A stretch of DNA of 64,000 bases. Origin: Nemertoderma westbladi (lineage: Eukaryota > Animalia > Xenacoelomorpha). Positions 58,601 through 64,000 of the stretch are shown piece after piece. Numbering within the stretch: the first letter of the stretch is position 1; the number at the start of each line of letters is the position of its first letter. The notes beneath the pieces are model-generated. The model worked only from the letters and a program-made list of their open reading frames with translations. It did not search any database and was not told the DNA's origin. Both the position numbers and the translations under genes were made by a program. Location of the stretch: positions 1-64,000 of the forward strand of contig JAUCBJ010008809.1 in assembly GCA_032718475.1 (NCBI GenBank). Direction: 5' to 3'.

Positions 58601-60542
58601 CAGTCCCTTCTAACTCTCGGACCTGTTGGGAGGAGCGCCTTTGATTCTCCTCCATCTTTCCGAGGAGAATGTCCATCCCCCGCCGTCTCTCGTCTACCCA
58701 ATCAACCGCCGAAACGGGATCCGCCAACGTTGTAGCGGGCGGACGAGGGACAACGGGCGACAAATCATGAATATTTCGCTCGGAGTCCAGAGCATGAACT
58801 GTCTCATGGGCTGTTCTGCTGGGCACAGTTAGCTTAGTGCTGTGCAAAGGGAATTGAGAGGTAGGTTCAGGGAGTACAGGTGTCTCTACGACCGAAAGTG
58901 TGACTTCGGGAACAGGCCTAACTATTTCAGGCTCATCTACTATAGTAGGGAGTCTCTCTATTGTAATTATTTGGTCTGTGGGTTCTGTACTCGCTAAGTT
59001 GGTGTTATTTAGTTGCCTTCTAACAGCTGGAGGCAAATCAGGCAATTTCTGATGGTGGAATGTTCTTTTACGTCTGCTTAGGCGAGATCGATTTCCTCCG
59101 GCTTCAGTGTCGGTGGTATCGCCTTCCTCAGATGATGTATAACCCTGTCTTTTGGGAGTAGATCGATTCATCATCTGCATATTACTAGCTGTTAACTGTT
59201 TACTGAAGTCGTCTTGCTTCTCTTGAAGATTTTCCAACTCCAGTTGGGCGATCTCTTCAGCCGCTCTCCGTTCTGCTTCCGCCACCGCTGCCGCTTTTGC
59301 CTCTGCCGCTGCCGCTGCTGCCGCTTCCAAGGTCGCTTTTCTTTCTGCCTCTGCCACTGCTGCTATCTTTCTGTCTTCTATACGTTTTTTCTTTACCTTT
59401 TCTTCTTGGTCTCTAGCGATGCGGAGTTGTTCATCGAATTTAGCTTGGTTCGCCGCTAACCTATCCACATCAATTGCATCCAACACACGCTGGGCTCCTT
59501 CACTATTAGGGCTAAGTCCCGCTAGCCTTCTCCTCAACTCTTCATCTCCCAAAAAACGCTGATAGTCTGACAGATAGATGTCAATGGCATCCCTCTTATG
59601 CGGTTTCTCTGCCGTCGCTTCACTTTCCACTTGGGAAAAAGTAGCGTCCGTTGATTCTCCATGGGTTGAGCGCTCCTCCAGCTGAGCTTTCCACTGAGCT
59701 GTTCCTTGAACCTGGCGACTCACCCGTTGAAACCAAGTCTTTACGGCAACTTGCAACGACGTGTCTTGTCTTCTTTTAGAAGCCTCTTCAAAGGCTGATA
59801 ATATTAGCCTGATTCGCAGAATTCTTTCTCTAACTTGATAAAGCAGTTGTCCCTGCTCTTGAGGTCCTTTGGGTTGTTGAAACAGTTGTTTTTCTACTCG
59901 CTCCATAGAGCTGAAGAATCCCTGTGCGTATCCGGCTGCGGACCTCTTCCACACAGCTGGATCGATGGTTTCCTTGGCTACTCCCATCCGGTGTATGTCT
60001 TCCCAGGCAGCTTCTGATAAATCAAATGGGAGTCCGGGTCCGGGGAAGTTCCATTGTGACTCGACCATAGACTTCAGCTCTTCCCTTGTGTATCCCTCAT
60101 AGCTATCTTTAGTGGCTCGCTTACTTCTCGCCCAATCGATCTGGTGTTCTTCCACCGCGATCAATAACCTAGTGAGTACGGCTGCAGGAAGGATGAGAAG
60201 GGGATCTGAATAAGCCGCATCCGTCATCCTTGCTCCGCGTTCGGGTGTCAGTTCTACTGTATCTTCACTACTGGAGCTGTCGGGCCGCTGAGAAATAAGT
60301 TCTTGGCTCGCGGGTGGTTGCTGTTCCGCTGCTTCTTGGTCCCGCTTGACCTGAGCTCGAGTGCCTATGATAGACCTACGATGTTGGACCAGCCTAGGTT
60401 CTGTTATTACTACTGGAGGGATGACCTTCCTCACAGTGGGAGGTGAACTGAACTTAGGACTAGACGGTTCTACACCTCTATCTGAGTCGCAGATAGTTAC
60501 ATCTAATAAACTGTCTGACAGGTTCTGCTTAGTATCAGACAT
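55626..60542 (-). CDS. BEL/Pao Gag-protease polyprotein lacking RT, RNase H core and integrase (1638 aa)
   Basis: Gag-like core KFNGDEMKWLPF...EKLRFLIECLEG, three Cys/His knuckles (CALCDGTHRLNMC, CYNCLRQGHQRRTC, CAKCGAKHHILLH), protease ALLDSGS, then WRYCPKKFNPTDIASRG. No YxDD motif or integrase. Confidence 0.92.
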   Translation of the reverse strand: MSDTKQNLSDSLLDVTICDSDRGVEPSSPKFSSPPTVRKVIPPVVITEPRLVQHRRSIIGTRAQVKRDQEAAEQQPPASQELISQRPDSSSSEDTVELTPERGARMTDAAYSDPLLILPAAVLTRLLIAVEEHQIDWARSKRATKDSYEGYTREELKSMVESQWNFPGPGLPFDLSEAAWEDIHRMGVAKETIDPAVWKRSAAGYAQGFFSSMERVEKQLFQQPKGPQEQGQLLYQVRERILRIRLILSAFEEASKRRQDTSLQVAVKTWFQRVSRQVQGTAQWKAQLEERSTHGESTDATFSQVESEATAEKPHKRDAIDIYLSDYQRFLGDEELRRRLAGLSPNSEGAQRVLDAIDVDRLAANQAKFDEQLRIARDQEEKVKKKRIEDRKIAAVAEAERKATLEAAAAAAAEAKAAAVAEAERRAAEEIAQLELENLQEKQDDFSKQLTASNMQMMNRSTPKRQGYTSSEEGDTTDTEAGGNRSRLSRRKRTFHHQKLPDLPPAVRRQLNNTNLASTEPTDQIITIERLPTIVDEPEIVRPVPEVTLSVVETPVLPEPTSQFPLHSTKLTVPSRTAHETVHALDSERNIHDLSPVVPRPPATTLADPVSAVDWVDERRRGMDILLGKMEENQRRSSQQVRELEGTVQQLKGTVKESRLELQEVQQNIALERDKLVNLQKGIPPPLVTMCQPVRSEVSHAQGVEPTRIYTASEVETPIVNPIKGNYRPVDNDIPYRPDHNPRNLYTDNSILNNTMAQESFTHQMARTEARQAVKVGEIVKFNGDEMKWLPFNEYYKDNIQNSVLSNGEKLRFLIECLEGSPKLMALKFIGHPDGLRQVWDTLNIRYGNRNNIAGYLYAKLIAPRKFISSGIIEFSDEIQEICRQLDWLGKSHEYQNTMVIRAVASTLPKGGVGTRWDKKVLYMMEQQQRDPTMADLMSFLDGEVKLQLLKLSREKTPENKVSEKPVSRRKVTPVCYTDDGESQTSQGEDSGKDTDRSYYVNKMPKDQVSKFKSRTNDRREQVRKTPPTSPKRIQVRKPEEKASVHNVTQIKVSNIKPKCALCDGTHRLNMCDEFLKKSLTERREVMWDKRLCYNCLRQGHQRRTCYSDIRCAKCGAKHHILLHAEFERNSPNQVSDSELHVQFSDVNDTDQSEMEGFYTDEFSDQNESCYLINTTAVYRALVHEKDTDSDLTLTTSDQQPSWKAPTSNIGIREFPVVQLRVHGPQKSYIVNALLDSGSTGTFIDKELAEVIFAGQPKFRTKLNMSGIMQVWNSTVAADYYIGELSTPQDKLGEYSIRSVKMVAIKNFATTQVEPYNWDEDDHAQQLNIPRFDTDYPGVQILIGQNAHEALETLEKRPAQPQPLQTYAVRTRVGWYLTGPSRRTLRERLLQDRVRQVSEWEDDTSEGDDPTEGTPYSSDNDDISSNVDQWRYCPKKFNPTDIASRGATPQELTDTTDRLGEPDFLSKEDEWPPHLTPTEIRPAKGAEKVKPKTRTGGAELFEPGIDLSVLHIARDDAVDLDLPTASGSFMKIRESDWSSGTSDVSQGLSPLLQGATDHYSSWNRLCKAIVYLERCFYRHYSRTKRKPGIVFRMQRLNHPVGRLCLPEGNGGLSGNCGRQDSLPTTTSLILQTSRDSIT

Positions 60543-62606
60543 GTTTGTTTACACAGTTGAATGTCTACTGCTATATTACAGTCTAAGCAAGTCTAGTAAT
60601 TCAGTGTTAACTGCTAGCCTAGTAATTAATTACCGATACTGCTACTCAGTGTAGCGTGATATATATAATATATTAGAAAACCGGTATGCTTATTGTATAT
60701 ATAAGTATTATTACAGACTAGGTTTTTCACAGAAACCGGTATATAATTTTAGCACAAATATATATAAATATATAATAGGCCTATCGGGAATACCGGTATA
60801 CAGCTTACAGTTTGTAGTATATATAATTCTGGACTAGAATTAATTACAAGTACCGGTATAATTTCAGCCTAAATTTATAGAAATAAAGATAATAGGCCTA
60901 TCGTAAATACCGGTATGCAGTTTACACTTATAGTGTATATATATAAGTATAATTACAAACTAGAATTAATTACAGAATACCGGTATGATTTCAACCTAAA
61001 ATTTATAGAAATAAATATAATAATAAGCCTATTGTAAATACCGGTATATCAATTATTTTAAATAACTGAATTTCTGAATTTTAAGGGTTACTTGGTTACC
61101 TTAACTTACTTTATTGCCGTTATTTAAGCAGTAGTCCAACTGATATTGAGACCTAATTGTTGTATGGCAGGCCTACTATTTATAAATCGTTTGAGTTGAT
61201 TTATAATATATATATACCCGTTTAATGGGTTTTGTCAATGTTGAAATAAATGTTATTATTTCTGGGGAGTAACCACTACACAAAGCGGTGCGCTTTCAGT
61301 GAAGTGTTACTTATAGGACACTAAAACAAATAATGCTAATTTACCTAAGTTACTTAATACTACAAATTACGTACAATTCGGGTGAGATTACAATCTCTAA
61401 ATAAACACAAAAATTTACAAAAACACAAATATGAAATTTTAGGGTAATTTTACAAGAAGTCTACAAACCAGCCTAACAAAGGGTTAGAAATCTGGTTATT
61501 ACAACGGACAGGGTACTACGGTATTTGAAAATAATAAGTAGTAGTAAATACACTGCGTTGTCCAGATAGGAAAATACCACCGCCTGACGACCTATAGCCG
61601 TATCGATATAGGTACTACGTTATGTATCACGGAGTGTCCCTACCTAGAAGTTAATAGAGCTAATCGAACGTGCCTATCAACCACTTTACAACACAAATAT
61701 AATGCCTACACTAATTACTTTCGGAAAGCACTGTACACTAAACCCTAAATTAGGTACGAGTACTTGTACAACATATAATCAGTAGTTAAATATACTTGAA
61801 CAGTTAAAAGAACCACGGCATCTGCTGGAGTGACCGGTGCACAAAATCACCAGTCTTTACCTACGCCAAGCAGCCCGTGTAGTACCGGGGTTAATTTAAC
61901 TATAGTGGTATGTATAACAAACACAATTACTGTAGGAACAAACTTGGGGAATGAATGTTGCGAATAATCGCATAAACTCTGAATAATAAATATTACGCTA
62001 CGCGTACAAACTACTCAAATAAAATGCAGACCAAATACTGACAGACTACTATCAAGCCTAAACAAACTACGGTATATGTAGACTCCGAAATGATTAGGTA
62101 GTATGCGTTCTAACCCAGTAGTACGACTTATTCTTTAGATGGGGGTTTACCTTACAGCTTTGGCTGCCCCTACTTCCTAACCGTTCTTTATCGGACAGAG
62201 GCTCTACACACACTGCAATCCTTCAGACCTAATAACAGCCAGACAACTATCCAGCCTACAAATTGTCTGTACAATCTGATCAGGCTTACACGCCTTCTGT
62301 TCAATACTGGCCTACAAACAAATAAAACTTGACAGAAATAAGTAAAAATCTCAATAAAAAACCAGGGCTGCAGTCCCTGATTAATTATTAAGGCCTACCG
62401 GTATATAATTATCAAAATCGAATAATACTGCTGTACCTGTACTGCTGTAGGTACCGGTCCGGGTGGTTAGGTAGTCAGGCCTACTGGGTACCGGTTGCCG
62501 GTACTTCAGCTTTATTGCCTACTGCAATACAGAAGCTATATCCGTTATTGTTCTTACCAGAACAATATTAAACTGTATTTAATGCCTACACTGCAATACA
62601 GACTAA

Positions 62607-62617
62607 ATATCCGTTAT
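62607..62617 (-). promoter_or_regulatory. Non-tRNA primer binding site of element B (second copy at 62537-62548)
   Basis: Element-sense ATAACGGATAT is complementary to its own LTR segment (element-sense TATATCCGTTAT, 63340-63351). Confidence 0.7.
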
Positions 62618-63792
62618 TGTTCGCGCTTTTAGACCTTTGGCAGTTTAACCCGCCAAATTAGGATGTCTTCTAGATAATAAATCACTTTTAGCCTCTGACA
62701 AGTATTTGATTCACTACACTAGTCGAAACCAATCGGTGCGCGATCATTCACCCGCTGGATATACCCGGGAGATTGGGTTCGACGGCTTAATCGTATTGCT
62801 ATGTAAGCCTAATGTATTATTCGACTGACAGTATTATATAATCTCTGACAATATTATTCACTTTCGGGGAATATTAACAGTTCCTTTAGGACGTGGCGCT
62901 CTATCTATATAAACAGAGTTATGACTTAAACTACTCACAACGATATGGCTTAGTTACAATTCACATATATGGCGCATTCTTTAGGAAATGCTTCGTTATC
63001 AGTCTCACTCATACACAATGCTGCACAATACTGCACACTGATCTGCCGATCTTCACTGATTTTAGTCACATATAAAAGGAACACGGACCGAATCATGTAG
63101 GGTCTATCAAATAACATTAGATTCACTTCAAACCACTTTAACATAAGTCACAATCGTTATATGTAACCTTTCTCTCTTACCTTCGGTATATCAAGAATAT
63201 TGGGTTTTCGGGGTTATTTATCGTTATTCCAAATATAATAATTCATCAACCATATTATGAAGAACTGACAGTAAATAGCAGTATAACAATATAAAAGTAT
63301 GCACAGGTTGTTTGATTAGGTATGGTATGTTATGTTTAGATAACGGATATATGTCCTTATAATTAAGCCTACTAGTGTAAGACTAAAAACTGAAAACACG
63401 GAGGTGCCAAAAGCCGGTTCTTAGGCTCTGGGCAAAACATAACACTGAACTACTGAGCCTCTGTATACACCTCCAACACAGAGACAACAAACGCTCTGAT
63501 TGGTCAACCGAACAACGAGAGAACAAAGAAACAAAGAAACGTCGACGTGGCAATATCAGCTGTTAGCCATCGTCATGGTAGCGACACTGTTTTCAAGAGT
63601 ATCTAGCTTATCGCGTCACGAGATTGTGGATTATGTCCTCTAAAGTACAAATACAGTACAAATACATAAGAAATGACTTTTATGTCCTCTAAAACACCAG
63701 TACAGCAAGGACACGGCCTTTTTATGCCTGGCAAACCAACTACAGAGTACTTTAAGGGAAAATAACCGGTTAATGACGCAAAAGCTTTTACA
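62618..63792 (-). repeat. 5' LTR of element B
   Basis: Near-identical to 52858-54032. Confidence 0.96.
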
Positions 63793-64000
63793 GAGCGGGG
63801 AGCCCCTAAAGGGACATTTAATAAAAACTATTTTTCCCTTTTTCCCTCTAATTATATACCGGTAGTGCGCTCGAGATAATTATCTCGTGCACTCTAGATA
63901 AGGATCTAGCGCCCTATGTAAAATTCCAATGAATTTTAGACAAATTCAGTCGTGACACTCAAATTGTAACAATCGCTGCCTCCCCATGATGCATGACCAC

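Larger units (their letters stand above)
52858..63792 (-). mobile_element. BEL/Pao LTR retrotransposon B, gag-protease only
   Basis: 1175-bp LTRs (I saw 2 mismatches), 5-bp TSD GAGCG (52853-52857, 63793-63797), PPT next to the 3' LTR; homologous to element A. Confidence 0.96.

Noticed and set aside
44000-63792. Assembly-artefact inverted duplication
   Set aside because: The elements have different TSDs, LTR lengths, internal indels and many substitutions, so they are independent insertions.

Overview
AT-rich animal genomic DNA; it is not prokaryotic and has no CRISPR array. Positions 2889-43221 (+) hold one 19-exon gene, which I assembled by hand from GT-AG sites with consistent phases. It encodes a ~1878-aa short laminin alpha-like chain: signal peptide, LE repeats, divergent L4, LE repeats, coiled coil, and only four LG domains. 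It has no LN domain and apparently no LG3. The introns are packed with minisatellites (two are amplifications of the exon-intron junction itself), foldback DNA elements, tRNA-derived SINEs, two dead LINEs and a TSD-flanked retrozyme/Penelope-like insertion with three minimal hammerhead ribozymes. Downstream are two young, related, non-autonomous BEL/Pao LTR elements lying tail to tail (44000-52624 + and 52858-63792 -). The top candidate for a new system is their priming. Neither element has a tRNA-type PBS. In each, the 11-12 nt right after the 5' LTR are the exact reverse complement of a segment inside its own LTR, and two substitutions between the elements are compensated on both sides. This suggests tRNA-independent self-priming in BEL/Pao. 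All alignments and counts were done by eye.
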